A DNA stretch of 59,942 nucleotides from an archaeon (GCA_020051845.1 JAGVQG010000056.1:1-59942), one strand, 5' to 3'. Shown: positions 44,711 to 54,898, counted from the first letter of the stretch. Notes: generated by a model from the sequence alone, not told the origin. Program-made: numbers and translations.

Positions 44711-45592
44711 ATGGCTGAGATTGATGACTGGAAAGAGGCTGGCAGAATAGCTGCCCAGGCACTTGATTTCGGCAAGAACCTGATCAAGCCAGGTTCCAAG
44801 ATTCTTGATGTATGCGAGAAAGTCGATGCGAAGATCCGCGAACTCGGTGCGCAGCCCGCTTTCCCGACTCAGATCAGCTGCGACCACGTTGCGGCACATT
44901 CATGTCCTTTGGATGATGATGCGACAATATTTGACAAGCAAGTCGCTTCTTTGGATGTGGGTGTTCATGTTAATGGCGCGATAGGCGACACTGCTCTGAC
45001 TGTCGACTTGAGCGGTCAGCATGCTGATCTTGTGAAAGCTTCGCAAGAAGCTGTCGATGCCGCGCTGAAGATCGTCAAGATAGGAGTCACGCTCGGTGAG
45101 ATCGGAAAGACCATCCAGGAAGTCATCACAAGCCACGGTTTCGCTCCCATCAGGAATCTCAGCGGCCATGGCCTCGACCGTTTCAACATCCACACAATCC
45201 CCACTGTCCCTAACATTGATACCAATGATTCAACAGAGCTAGAGGACGGCATGTTCATCGCCATCGAGCCGTTCGCCTCCACAGGCAGCGGTCTTGTGCA
45301 GGAATCCGGCGAACCTACTCTTTTCTCATTCGCAGAGATAAAAGGAATACGTTCACAATACGCACGCGACGTGATGCGAGAGGTCGAACAATACACCACG
45401 CTTCCTTTCACGACGCGCTGGGTCAGCAGGTCCCTGGGTATCGGCAAGACCAAGTTCGGACTGAGGGAGCTGATGCAATCCGGCGTCCTAGAGAGCTACC
45501 CGCCGCTCATTGATTCAAGAAAAGGCATCACGAGCCAGGCCGAGCATTCTGTCTACGTCTGCGACAAGCCGATTGTACTCACTCGATTGTGA
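44711..45592 (+). CDS. map: methionine aminopeptidase, type 2
   Basis: MAEIDDWKEAGRIAAQAL..., AFPTQISCDHVAAH, with the characteristic type-2 insertion. Confidence 0.92.
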   Translation: MAEIDDWKEAGRIAAQALDFGKNLIKPGSKILDVCEKVDAKIRELGAQPAFPTQISCDHVAAHSCPLDDDATIFDKQVASLDVGVHVNGAIGDTALTVDLSGQHADLVKASQEAVDAALKIVKIGVTLGEIGKTIQEVITSHGFAPIRNLSGHGLDRFNIHTIPTVPNIDTNDSTELEDGMFIAIEPFASTGSGLVQESGEPTLFSFAEIKGIRSQYARDVMREVEQYTTLPFTTRWVSRSLGIGKTKFGLRELMQSGVLESYPPLIDSRKGITSQAEHSVYVCDKPIVLTRL

Positions 45593-46350
45593 ACCGGATT
45601 GTTTCCGGCTTTGTTTTCGAAAACAGTTTAAAGAGCAGGACTAGATTTTACTGCATGAACAAAAAAGACCGCAATCCGGACTATGATGGATTGTATCGCG
45701 AGGCGGTGAGACTCTTCCGCAGAGTCCGGACTTTTTCGTCAGGAGCGTTGGATGAGACGTATTACACGATGCGCGTGTACGAGACCGCGAAAGAGATAAT
45801 CCTCCGCTTGCTCAAGCCTGTCCACAGACAACGGATCCTTGTCGCCGCGTTGCTGCACGACATCGGAAAGACAAAGTTGGACGTCAAAAAGATACACGAC
45901 GAGAAAGGTTTCACCGATGAGATAAAGCCCGAGTGGAAGCGCCACCCTAAGCTGAGCGTCCCGATGGCAAGGCGCATCCTCAAACGCATGAGGCATTCGG
46001 ATTCTTTCATCGATGGTGTTTGCTATCTTATCGAGAATCACAGCAACAAGTCTGCCGAGCCGATGACGCTCGAGCTGAAGATCCTGCAAGACGCCGACTT
46101 GATAGCCGACTGCGGCGTCGCCGGCTTCATCAGGCCTTTCTCTTTCGGCGGTTTCTTCAAACGACCGACCATCGGCAGCATCATGTTCATACAGAAGAAC
46201 AAGTCGCGCATAGAGAATCTTGATGAGATCCACCTCAACGTCTCGAAGAAGCTCGCGCGACGCGAATTGAGGCTGGAGAAGGATCTTGTCAGGATGGCTG
46301 GAAAGACCATCCGCTCCTCGGTCGTACAAAACGTTTTTAAGCTTCCTTGA
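45589..46350 (+). CDS. HD-domain phosphohydrolase
   Basis: ALLHDIGK and QDADLIAD. The start is uncertain: GTG 45589 overlaps the map stop, or ATG 45655. Confidence 0.75.
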   Translation: MNRIVSGFVFENSLKSRTRFYCMNKKDRNPDYDGLYREAVRLFRRVRTFSSGALDETYYTMRVYETAKEIILRLLKPVHRQRILVAALLHDIGKTKLDVKKIHDEKGFTDEIKPEWKRHPKLSVPMARRILKRMRHSDSFIDGVCYLIENHSNKSAEPMTLELKILQDADLIADCGVAGFIRPFSFGGFFKRPTIGSIMFIQKNKSRIENLDEIHLNVSKKLARRELRLEKDLVRMAGKTIRSSVVQNVFKLP

Positions 46351-46380
46351 TATCGGTATCCTCAATAAGAGGTGATTTGT

Positions 46381-46539
46381 ATGTGTTTTGATGCGAAGAC
46401 TTTGGGCTGGATCCAGATAGTCGGATCCGTGCTTTCAGGAATTCTCGCCTACCAGAACGAGGGTTGGGAAGTCCTGATCCTCGCGGTGCTGTTCCTCATA
46501 ACAGGAATCCACCACGTGATGGAAAAGAAGAAGCGATAA
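46381..46539 (+). CDS. 52-aa two-TM micro-protein
   Basis: Translated by hand: MCFDAKTLGWIQIVGSVLSGILAYQNEGWEVLILAVLFLITGIHHVMEKKKR. Strong SD AAGAGGTGA 6 nt upstream. Confidence 0.55.
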   Translation: MCFDAKTLGWIQIVGSVLSGILAYQNEGWEVLILAVLFLITGIHHVMEKKKR

Positions 46540-46563
46540 AGAATATTTTTGTTTTTTGTTTTC

Positions 46564-47601
46564 TCAATCTTTTATCACTCTTGTCTCGAGAGGTTTCTGC
46601 CAGGGTTGTGTCTTCTGCCAGGCTCCGACCCAATCCGCAGGCAGCACCATGGTGAGCGCTGCGATGTCACCGAGTCTGTCTTCGAGTTCGGCTGTCTTGA
46701 AGGCGACATCCTTGCCGAGAGTCGGGTGCACGCATTCGGCGAATCGTTCCTCGATGAGCGGTTGCAGCACATCCTTGTCATTCCACATGCTTCCGCCAAA
46801 GATGAACGCTTGCACGTCGTGGTCGGCGCTCACGTTCGCGAGGGTCTGCGCGATGTAACCTGCTGCTTCCGAGATCACGCGTCGCGCGACGAAATCCCCT
46901 CTCCTGAATTGGTCGAAGACGTATTTCGGCTTGTCCTTGGGATCAACGACTTCTATCTTCCTGTTCATTATCTCTTCGTAGATTGCGGCGATGGCGGGTC
47001 CTGCCGCGTGCGCCTCAAGGTGTCCGCGTATGCCGCAGCCGCAGATCCTTCCGTTCGGAACGACCTTGTGGTGTCCGAAGTGTCCCGCGTTCCGTCTGCC
47101 TAGCACGAGCTTGCCGTGGGACTTCACGCCACCACCTATACCTGTGCTTATCGTCATGTACGCGACGACATCATATCCTCTTCCGGCGCCGAACATGTGC
47201 TCGGCATTGACAGCCGTCGTGCAGTCGTTGCCTGCCTCGACCCGCTCATAGCTCTGGGAAAGATAGTCTCTTAGCGGGAATCCTGTCCAGTCATTGTTCC
47301 TGCCTTCCTTTCTCGCGATGCCTTCGCAGATGTTGGGAGCGACGACAAGTTCATACTTGCCGCGAGGATTGTCGTCGAATGGTCCGCATGTGCTGATGCC
47401 GACTCCGCTGATCCGTTTCTTGTCTATGCCTGCGTCCTTGCAGGCTTCAGCGATCAGATTGTCGACCTGTCGCGGAACCGTGTTCTCATCGCCGACCCGC
47501 ATGACGTCCTGCTTGACCTTGGAATGTATGCCGTCGATGCTCGCCACGCTGGCGCGTATGTTCGTTCCACCTATGTCCACTGCCGCAAGATACTCAGTCA
47601 T
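46564..47601 (-). CDS. ROK-family sugar kinase (glucokinase-like)
   Basis: AAVDIGGTNIRA; the Zn motif CGCGIRGHLEAH. Confidence 0.88.
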   Translation of the reverse strand: MTEYLAAVDIGGTNIRASVASIDGIHSKVKQDVMRVGDENTVPRQVDNLIAEACKDAGIDKKRISGVGISTCGPFDDNPRGKYELVVAPNICEGIARKEGRNNDWTGFPLRDYLSQSYERVEAGNDCTTAVNAEHMFGAGRGYDVVAYMTISTGIGGGVKSHGKLVLGRRNAGHFGHHKVVPNGRICGCGIRGHLEAHAAGPAIAAIYEEIMNRKIEVVDPKDKPKYVFDQFRRGDFVARRVISEAAGYIAQTLANVSADHDVQAFIFGGSMWNDKDVLQPLIEERFAECVHPTLGKDVAFKTAELEDRLGDIAALTMVLPADWVGAWQKTQPWQKPLETRVIKD

Positions 47602-47668
47602 GAAGATCCCCACTCATTTATCGCAGTGGCATCTGGAAATGGTTCAAAAGCTTTTGCCGTCTGGAGAC

Positions 47669-48082
47669 TTAGATTCCCTGTTGGACTTCGAAGCCGTACT
47701 TTCTCAGCTCCTGTTTCCATTGCAGGCCTATCTTCATGAGGTCTTGAGCGAATTTCGAAGACAGCTTGTAAGTCTTCTTATACAGGTCATAATCTATCAA
47801 TCCCATGGCCTTCATGGGCGTGAGGATCCTGTCGTAGAACTGGCGCTTGTTGTATGATAGCTTGACCTTCTTGCCCTTGTATTGGCCTTCGTCGAGCGTT
47901 GTCTCGTATACTCCGTCGTGCAGTTGCGTGGCGAACAAAGACATCTCTGTCTTTGTGACTTCGCCCTTGTTCGACGCCATGTACTTGATAAGCTCACGAG
48001 CAACTATGTTCTGTTGGCTTGTGGAGAATATGGTCTCGAAGATGTCTTCGCTCAGGTTGAACCTGTCATAGAGTATTACCAT
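47669..48082 (-). CDS. hypothetical protein
   Basis: 137 aa from ATG 48082, preceded by GAGGAGA. No motif recognised. Confidence 0.5.
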   Translation of the reverse strand: MVILYDRFNLSEDIFETIFSTSQQNIVARELIKYMASNKGEVTKTEMSLFATQLHDGVYETTLDEGQYKGKKVKLSYNKRQFYDRILTPMKAMGLIDYDLYKKTYKLSSKFAQDLMKIGLQWKQELRKYGFEVQQGI

Positions 48083-48349
48083 TGTTTCTCCTCTGGCTTT
48101 CTCGCTTAGGCAGCCCTTGCCGCCCGCCCCCCAATTCACCCAACTAACGCGGATTTTATGCAGACCAGTATATAAATGTTCGCATTCCCCCTATTGTTCT
48201 GTCGACGGAGAGCATTAACAGACCACTAAGAGCTTTAAGAATAAACTAGTCGCCTAAATAAAAACATTTATATATAAGTTGCCCTTCTGGTATCTCAGTA
48301 TACACAAATCAACACCACTGAGTTCGGATGAACCCAATGGGTCACACTA

Positions 48350-48468
48350 AAAGGAGGCTTTCTCGCGTTTTCTTCACGAAAACCACCCCCCAAACCCACA
48401 AAACAAGATACCCATCTTGTTGCTTGAAAGCCTCCTTTCCTATCCTCAATCAAGGGTGCAAAGCACCC
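48350..48468. ncRNA. candidate structured RNA / long ftsZ leader element (strand unresolved)
   Basis: A 13-bp perfect helix (48350-48362 with 48426-48438) encloses hairpins at 48367-48383 and 48402-48421. It is followed by the hairpin GGGUGC-AAA-GCACCC at 48454-48468. A TATA-like element lies at 48267-48277. Confidence 0.4.
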
Positions 48469-48581
48469 ATCACAGCTATCCACCATCTCACGCTCGGCAT
48501 ATACTCAAGTATATACCACGATCAGTAAAAAAACCAAAGGGGCGGCTTGTACGGGCCGTGTAAAAAACGGAGGCGCAGAGT

Positions 48582-49652
48582 ATGGAATTCGTAGTGCAGA
48601 ACGCAATGCGAAGTAACAGCCGGCAGGACGACGACATGATGGTCGGTCAGGCCAACATCAAGGTCATCGGAGTCGGCGGTGGCGGTAACAACATGGTTAG
48701 CTGGCTCTACAAGAAGGGAATCAAGGGAGCCGAAGTCATCGCTGTCAACACTGACAAACAGCACCTGGACATTTCTGAATCTGATAAGAAGTTCCTAATC
48801 GGTCGCGACGTGACTCGCGGTCTCGGTTGCGGCGGTTTCCCACAGAAGGGAGCTGAAGCAGCACAGGAATCATTGATGGCGCTCAAGGAGACCTTGCGCG
48901 GTTCTGACATGGTCTTCGTGTGCGCAGGTATGGGCGGAGGCACAGGTACTGGCGCCGCGCCGGTTGTGGCAAGTGTGGCAAAGGAGATGGGTGCGATAGT
49001 CATCGGCACCGTCACCATGCCATTCAACATCGAACGCGCACGTTGCGACAAGGCCGAATACGGCCTGCAGCAATTGCGCCAGCAGAGCGACACAGTGGTC
49101 GTCATCGACAACAACCGCCTAGTGCAGATCGCAGGCAACCTGCCGGTCCAACAGGCGTTCGCTGTCGCCAACGAGCTCGTGTCGACGATGATCAAGGGAA
49201 TAGTCGAGACAATCGCCGTCCCCTCGCTCGTCAACCTCGACTACGCTGACGTCAAGGCGATCATGACCAACGGTGGCGTCGCAGCCATCGGTATCGGTTC
49301 GTCCGACACCAACAACCGCGTAGATGAAGCTGTCCGTGGCGCTCTCGCCAACCCCTTGCTCGAAGTGAGCTACAACGGAGCCACAGGCGCGCTTATCCAC
49401 GTCGAAGGCGGTCCTGACATGACTTTGGACGAGATCAACCGTGTCGGTGAACTCGTGACAGAGTCGATGGACGCTGACGCCAACGTCATCTGGGGCGCAC
49501 GTGTCTCGGAAGAGATGAAGGGCAAGCTGATGGTCATGACCATCATCACAGGCGTACAGAGCCCGTGGTTGCTCGGCAAAGGCGACAACCGCCAGAAGGT
49601 CCAGCAGTCCCGCAAGGTCATGAACGACGACCTCGGCATCGAGACGCTGTAA
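48582..49652 (+). CDS. ftsZ: cell division GTPase FtsZ (paralog B)
   Basis: GVGGGGNN, GMGGGTGTG and NLDYADVK. Confidence 0.95.
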   Translation: MEFVVQNAMRSNSRQDDDMMVGQANIKVIGVGGGGNNMVSWLYKKGIKGAEVIAVNTDKQHLDISESDKKFLIGRDVTRGLGCGGFPQKGAEAAQESLMALKETLRGSDMVFVCAGMGGGTGTGAAPVVASVAKEMGAIVIGTVTMPFNIERARCDKAEYGLQQLRQQSDTVVVIDNNRLVQIAGNLPVQQAFAVANELVSTMIKGIVETIAVPSLVNLDYADVKAIMTNGGVAAIGIGSSDTNNRVDEAVRGALANPLLEVSYNGATGALIHVEGGPDMTLDEINRVGELVTESMDADANVIWGARVSEEMKGKLMVMTIITGVQSPWLLGKGDNRQKVQQSRKVMNDDLGIETL

Positions 49653-49657
49653 ACCAG

Positions 49658-49688
49658 TTCTTTTTTGTTTATTTTTTCTTTATTCTTC
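49658..49688 (+). terminator. oligo-T tract after ftsZ paralog B
   Basis: TTCTTTTTTGTTTATTTTTTCTTTATTCTTC. Confidence 0.45.
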
Positions 49689-49757
49689 TGTCTATGATAT
49701 AGCTCCTAAATCTGAGTTCCAAACGTTTTTATACGCATAGCAGGATTATGATGCCCT

Positions 49758-51008
49758 ATGATTCATGATATCAAGGCAAGGGCTACGCGTGTGACTCTTG
49801 CACTCATAATATTCCTGGATATGCTGGGCTTCACGCTCATCATCCCCATTCTCGCGCCTCTTTTACTGGATAGCACGCAACTATTGCCGTACACTACAAG
49901 CGCTTCCACGCGCGCCATGCTGCTCGGCGTTCTATTATCATTATACGCTATTGCCCAATTCATAGGCGCTCCAATGCTGGGCGCGCTGTCGGACAGGTTC
50001 GGAAGGAAGCGTTTGCTTGTGTGCTCGCTTTTCGGATCCTTCCTTGGATATCTCGCATTGGGGTTCGGCATCGCCTACAGTCATCTTTGGCTCATATTCC
50101 TTGGCAGGGTGGTCGCTGGTTTCACCGGCGGCAACATCAGCATTGCGCTTTCAGCGATGGCTGACGTGAGTGATGAGAAGGCGAAGGCCAAGAACTTCGG
50201 GCTTATCGGTATGGCTTTCGGCCTTGGTTTCATCATAGGCCCGTTCATAGGTGGAAAGCTTGCCGATCCTATGCTTGTTCCTTGGTTCGATTTCGCGACT
50301 CCGCTCTGGTTCGCCGCTGGTCTGGCGTTGATGACTGTGGCATTATGCGCGATTCTACTACCTGAGACGTGCACAATACGCAGAAAGACCCCTGTCAGCG
50401 CGCTTACGGGCATACGCAACATATTCAAGGCTTTCAAACTGCCTGACCTGCGGATCATGTTCATAGTCATATTCCTTCTGGCGTTCGGCTTCAATTTCGT
50501 GACCCAGTTCTTCCAGGTCTTCCTAATCCAGAAATTCCAGTACACACAGTCGCAGATAGGTGACATTTTCGCCTATGCCGGCTTGTGGATCGCTGTGTCC
50601 CAAGTTGCTTTGACTACGCCTCTATCACACCGCTTCAAGCCGCACCAGGTTTTGCCGTTCTTCATATTACTGTCCGCTATCGCCATAGGACTTCTCGTAT
50701 TACCTGACAAGGCCTGGATGATTTGGATTATCATGCCTTTCGTGCTCATAGGTCAGGGCGTGACTCAGCCCAATGCCACCGCGGTGATCTCGAATCTCAG
50801 CGGCGAGGATAGTCAAGGCGAGATCATGGGCATCAACCAGTCGATCCAGTCATTAGGCATGGCCGTGCCGCCATTGATCGCAGGGATGCTCGTGACGCTC
50901 CACCGCAACCTTCCGATAATCATAGGCGCCATACTGACTCTTGCTGCGGGCGTGGTCTTCGTCCTATTCTATAGAGGACATAGAGAGGCGTTGTTCCACG
51001 AGGTTTGA
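49758..51008 (+). CDS. MFS transporter (DHA1/tetracycline-efflux-like)
   Basis: About 12 TM segments. GALSDRFGRKR is the MFS loop 2-3 motif. Confidence 0.88.
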   Translation: MIHDIKARATRVTLALIIFLDMLGFTLIIPILAPLLLDSTQLLPYTTSASTRAMLLGVLLSLYAIAQFIGAPMLGALSDRFGRKRLLVCSLFGSFLGYLALGFGIAYSHLWLIFLGRVVAGFTGGNISIALSAMADVSDEKAKAKNFGLIGMAFGLGFIIGPFIGGKLADPMLVPWFDFATPLWFAAGLALMTVALCAILLPETCTIRRKTPVSALTGIRNIFKAFKLPDLRIMFIVIFLLAFGFNFVTQFFQVFLIQKFQYTQSQIGDIFAYAGLWIAVSQVALTTPLSHRFKPHQVLPFFILLSAIAIGLLVLPDKAWMIWIIMPFVLIGQGVTQPNATAVISNLSGEDSQGEIMGINQSIQSLGMAVPPLIAGMLVTLHRNLPIIIGAILTLAAGVVFVLFYRGHREALFHEV

Positions 51009-51013
51009 ATTAA

Positions 51014-51511
51014 TTATCTTTCCTTGACCCAAAGAATCCTCGGAATTCCGTCGACTTTGTGCGTCTTGACTTTCTCGAAACCTAATTTCGGGAGCATCTT
51101 GATGACTCCTTTGTTGTGGGCTTTGCACTGCGCGTATATCATCTTGAACTTCTTTCTGAGTCCATAGCGTACAACCTCAGTTAAAGCGTCAGTGGCCAGC
51201 CCTTTTCGCCTGAATTTCGGATGTATCCAGGTATGGACCCTGCCCTCGTCGGAATTTTTATCCCAATCCTGGTGTTGCAGGATGATATTGCCCGCGTACT
51301 TGCCGCCGACTTCGATGGAGAAGACCTCGGAATCATCCTCTTTCACCTGTTTGAGCATTTCCTTGATCTCTTTCTTGGCTTCTGCAAGCGTGCCAGGGAA
51401 AGAACTCAGGTTTCTCCTTGTCTCTTCGTCCTGCATCACTTCAAAATAACCTTTGAGATCAGAGGTTTTGAGCGGCCTTAGAATGAATCCCTTTGCTTTT
51501 ATGATTGTCAT
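51014..51511 (-). CDS. GNAT-family N-acetyltransferase (RimJ/RimL-like)
   Basis: WIHPKFRRKGLATDAL is the acetyl-CoA-binding motif A. ATG 51511 avoids an overlap with hisS. Confidence 0.8.
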   Translation of the reverse strand: MTIIKAKGFILRPLKTSDLKGYFEVMQDEETRRNLSSFPGTLAEAKKEIKEMLKQVKEDDSEVFSIEVGGKYAGNIILQHQDWDKNSDEGRVHTWIHPKFRRKGLATDALTEVVRYGLRKKFKMIYAQCKAHNKGVIKMLPKLGFEKVKTHKVDGIPRILWVKER

Positions 51512-51524
51512 GTGATGACCGTTC

Positions 51525-52790
51525 TCACATCTCTTCCAATCTCTTCGACTCTTCATTGCCCGTAGTCATATCCTTGATCTTGACGACGCCTGTGGCAAGT
51601 TCCTGTGGTCCTATGACGACGAGCTTCTTGGCTCCGACGACGTTCGCGTACTTCATCTGCTTGTCGAGCTTCCTGCCAAGTAGGTCCATCTCTACTTTGA
51701 TGCCTCTCTTGCGCATCGAGTCTGCCAATTGCCTCGCTTTTTCCGTCTCTTTCACGCCAAGGCCGATGATATAATAGTCAGGGCCTATGGCTGTCTTGGG
51801 CATCTTTCCTTTCTGCGCCAATAGCAATGATAGTGTCGCGTAGCCTAAGCCGAAGCCAGTGGCCGCTTCTTTCTCTCCGCCGAAGAGCGAGACCATCTCG
51901 TCGTATCTTCCGCCGCCGAGTATGGCTCGGAGCTCCCCTTTCCTGTCGAAGACCTCGAATACGTTGCCTGTGTAGTACGCGAGTCCGCGAGCTAGTGAAA
52001 GGTCGAGCATCACGAACTCCTGAGGCAACATTGGCAACACTGCTTCGAGTTCGTCAAGGCCTTTCTTGGCATGTTCGCAGAGCTGCATGGCAAGCAATCT
52101 GGTGAGTACCTCTGCAGGTGTGCCGCGGATGCTGCTTATCTCGTCAACTTTCTCTGCCTGCTGCTGGTCAAGGCCTGCTTCCAGGAGAGAGTCGACGAAT
52201 TCGTTGTCGCTGATCTTGGATCGTTTGTCTATCAATCGTATGACTGTCTCTACCAGTTCTTTGCCTGTTATGTCGCCGACCATGCCTTCAAGCAGTTTCC
52301 TGTTGTTGAGCTTGAGCGTGACGTCCTCTGCTGTCAAGCCGAATGCCTTCAAGCAGTCCAATGCGACGTTTATGACTTCAGCGTCCGCTTCTGGCTTGTC
52401 AGAGCCGAATAGTTCGACTGATAATTGGTAGAATTCACGCAAACGGCCTTTCTGAGGCGCTTCATAGCGCCACATCCGTTCTAGCCCGAACCATTTGACT
52501 GGTTTTGGAAGCTCTTTCTGTTTTGAGATGAATAACCGTGCCATCGGCACTGTCAGGTCGAAGCGCAGCGCGTTCTCCTCAGCGCCTTTCTTCTCGAGCA
52601 CGAACAGTTGCTGCTTGATCTCCTCGCCGCTCTTCTTGGTGAGAAGTTCGGTGGTCTCCATGGCAGGTGTCGACACTTCGACGAAGCCGTATGATTTCGT
52701 CACCCTGCGAAGTATCTCGAACACCGCTTCTCTTTGTGCGAAGTCCTGCGGGTAGAAGTCTTCGCATCCCTTCACTGCCTTGAATACCAT
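51525..52790 (-). CDS. hisS: histidyl-tRNA synthetase
   Basis: Class II motifs (RYEAPQKGRLREFYQ, GGGRYD) and an anticodon-binding C-terminus. Confidence 0.95.
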   Translation of the reverse strand: MVFKAVKGCEDFYPQDFAQREAVFEILRRVTKSYGFVEVSTPAMETTELLTKKSGEEIKQQLFVLEKKGAEENALRFDLTVPMARLFISKQKELPKPVKWFGLERMWRYEAPQKGRLREFYQLSVELFGSDKPEADAEVINVALDCLKAFGLTAEDVTLKLNNRKLLEGMVGDITGKELVETVIRLIDKRSKISDNEFVDSLLEAGLDQQQAEKVDEISSIRGTPAEVLTRLLAMQLCEHAKKGLDELEAVLPMLPQEFVMLDLSLARGLAYYTGNVFEVFDRKGELRAILGGGRYDEMVSLFGGEKEAATGFGLGYATLSLLLAQKGKMPKTAIGPDYYIIGLGVKETEKARQLADSMRKRGIKVEMDLLGRKLDKQMKYANVVGAKKLVVIGPQELATGVVKIKDMTTGNEESKRLEEM

Positions 52791-52814
52791 AAGAAAAGAT
52801 GATGGTCAGGCCGT

Positions 52815-53483
52815 TTAAAAGTCTTGTGCCGCCTTGACCAGAATACTGCTGGCGTCCTTCACACAATCAGGATTGACGTCACTTACCTCAAGCCGGTGTT
52901 GCGGCGCATGCAGGGGATCTTTCTCACCAAGCGCTTCCTTGAGCACCGAGGTGAATAAAAGCACTGTCAGACGTGAACGTGACTGGTGTTCTGGCGGTGC
53001 CTGGCTTGGTGGCCTGCTGACAAGCACGCTTTTGACTGCGTTGGTCAGGGCTGCGCGATGCATGCGTTCATCTTCCAGTATTCCTTGGATTGCACCAAGC
53101 TCGGCTGTTGTCGCAAGTGACCTTCCATCGTGAGCCGCGGCGTCCAAGGAGCTGATGGCTCGATATAGTCGGTTATTCACATCCAATAACGCGCCCGTAT
53201 GGGCATACAGCCGCTTCATCTCTGTCAGGTCTACCTTGTCAGTGACTATCGACTTCATCTGCTCTGCCATCTCGATGAACTTACCTATCTTCTTCTGATG
53301 TTCTTCATGGTTATGCTTGGCGATAAGCAATGTTCCGGTGTCAAGGACTGAACGTTGATCGATTATCTTCAATCGCAATTCTTTTGGAAGGACAAGGCTG
53401 TTCGCCACCTTTGAGAATACTCCCTTCTTCTCAAGACCTGCAATCGCTGCATCTAAAACGCTGTCAGCTTCCCTCTTTTGCAT
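52815..53483 (-). CDS. hypothetical protein
   Basis: 222-aa ORF that appears mostly helical. No motif recognised. Confidence 0.5.
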   Translation of the reverse strand: MQKREADSVLDAAIAGLEKKGVFSKVANSLVLPKELRLKIIDQRSVLDTGTLLIAKHNHEEHQKKIGKFIEMAEQMKSIVTDKVDLTEMKRLYAHTGALLDVNNRLYRAISSLDAAAHDGRSLATTAELGAIQGILEDERMHRAALTNAVKSVLVSRPPSQAPPEHQSRSRLTVLLFTSVLKEALGEKDPLHAPQHRLEVSDVNPDCVKDASSILVKAAQDF

Positions 53484-53514
53484 GGATATCCAGCTGCTGT
53501 CCTTCTATATAAAT

Positions 53515-53733
53515 TTAGAGTCCTTCAGGGAAGACCGCCTTCCACTTGTATTCATAGCCGTTCTGCACCTTTCTGCGTTCGATGAAGCCCTGTGAAATTA
53601 GTTTATTGAAGACCGCGACCCATACGCGTGACTTGCCGTCGAATATGTGTCCAGGAGCCCATATATCCCTGTACGTGTATCTGAAGAAGTGCAGGATCTC
53701 GGCATGCGCCATGTCCTTCGCGCTCTGTTCCAT
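53515..53733 (-). CDS. hypothetical small protein (possibly wHTH-like)
   Basis: 72-aa ORF lying 31 nt upstream of the 222-aa ORF on the same strand. Confidence 0.4.
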   Translation of the reverse strand: MEQSAKDMAHAEILHFFRYTYRDIWAPGHIFDGKSRVWVAVFNKLISQGFIERRKVQNGYEYKWKAVFPEGL

Positions 53734-53791
53734 GCATTTACATCTGTCAGGACACTATAAATTTTTATGCATGGCATGATGCCAATGGCAC

Positions 53792-54181
53792 ATGAAAGAG
53801 TCTTTCGATGAATTGTACAAGATGGCAATAGCAGACAGGAAGAAGTCGCCGTGGTCCAGGAAAAAGACACTTAATGACTGCCATTCTCACCTTGCAGGAG
53901 AGGTCGAAGAGATTCGTCAGGCTTTAGAACAGGAGGATTTCGAGAATCTTCGTGAAGAGCTTGGCGACTCCTTGTTCGATGTCTTGGCGTTCATAGTTGT
54001 TGCAGAGGAGAAAGGCCTGCTCAAAGGCAAGGATGTCATTGATGCTGTGATGGTTAAGTTCAAGCGCAGGAAGCCGTGGATCTTCAATGATGAAGTCATG
54101 ACTGAAGATGACGAGATCCGCCGTTGGAATGAAGCCAAGCGATTGGAGAAATCAGCCAAGCAATCAAAGCAGAGTCAATAG
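53792..54181 (+). CDS. mazG: MazG-like nucleoside triphosphate pyrophosphohydrolase
   Basis: LAGEVEEIRQA...EELGDSLFDVL is the EExxE...ExxD metal motif. Confidence 0.8.
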   Translation: MKESFDELYKMAIADRKKSPWSRKKTLNDCHSHLAGEVEEIRQALEQEDFENLREELGDSLFDVLAFIVVAEEKGLLKGKDVIDAVMVKFKRRKPWIFNDEVMTEDDEIRRWNEAKRLEKSAKQSKQSQ

Positions 54182-54898
54182 TTTCTGATAGTCATCTAGC
54201 ATCTCTTTGCCGACGCTTTCATCTTTCGAGTACGTCTCGACGATGCCGATCGGTATGAGTTCAAGTACGCGTTTGAGGTCCACCACGCCTTGTCCTATGT
54301 TCTTCGGGAATGGGTTGCCTGCGTCGTAGAAATTGTCAGATATGTGCGAGTAGAGCTCGAACTCGTTCCCTAGCGTCTTCAATGCTGCCAATAATTGCGC
54401 TTCATTGTGGCAAGATGCGAAATGCGAGATGTCGAAACACACCTTCTTCATACCCATCTCTTTGACAAGGCTTCTGAACGACTCCAATTCATACAGTGCG
54501 CCGTGGCAGTTCTCGACATGGATGAAATCCGCGCAACGCGGTTTCTTCTTCAAGAGTCTCTTTGCCTCCGCGATTATCTTCTTCCTGTCGTCCCCTGCGT
54601 GCATTATGATGCCGATTACGCGCTTTTCTTCCTCGCATATATCACAAAGTGCGGAGTAGACCTCAACGCCGTCGTCATCCTCAAGGTTCACCAATCCCTC
54701 TGGTATCCTTATAGGAGTGTGCAATGTCAATTGGATGCCAGGGTATGACTTGAGCAAGGATTGTATTCGTCCTGGCAGCTCGTCATTCATATCGGTTGTT
54801 CGCAGGAATATCTCCAGAAGGCCGACCTTGATCTTGAGCTTGTGGTTGAATTCATCAGGGTCAAGACTTGCCTTGATCCCTAACCTCTTTTTCTCCAT
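54164..54898 (-). CDS. xylose-isomerase-like TIM-barrel protein (sugar-phosphate isomerase / endonuclease IV superfamily)
   Basis: LHTP, IIMHAG, HVENCHG and FDISHF form the beta-strand-end motif pattern. Confidence 0.65.
   Translation of the reverse strand: MEKKRLGIKASLDPDEFNHKLKIKVGLLEIFLRTTDMNDELPGRIQSLLKSYPGIQLTLHTPIRIPEGLVNLEDDDGVEVYSALCDICEEEKRVIGIIMHAGDDRKKIIAEAKRLLKKKPRCADFIHVENCHGALYELESFRSLVKEMGMKKVCFDISHFASCHNEAQLLAALKTLGNEFELYSHISDNFYDAGNPFPKNIGQGVVDLKRVLELIPIGIVETYSKDESVGKEMLDDYQKLLTLL

Noticed and set aside
45739-46365. 208-aa minus-strand ORF
   Set aside because: It is antisense to the HD-domain gene (HDIGK motif on the plus strand).
46549-47103. 184-aa plus-strand ORF
   Set aside because: It is antisense to the ROK kinase gene.
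48295-48528. 63-aa (minus) and 66-aa (plus) ORFs upstream of ftsZ paralog B
   Set aside because: They overlap each other, lack an SD and have odd composition. The region pairs into long perfect helices, so a structured RNA or leader is more likely.
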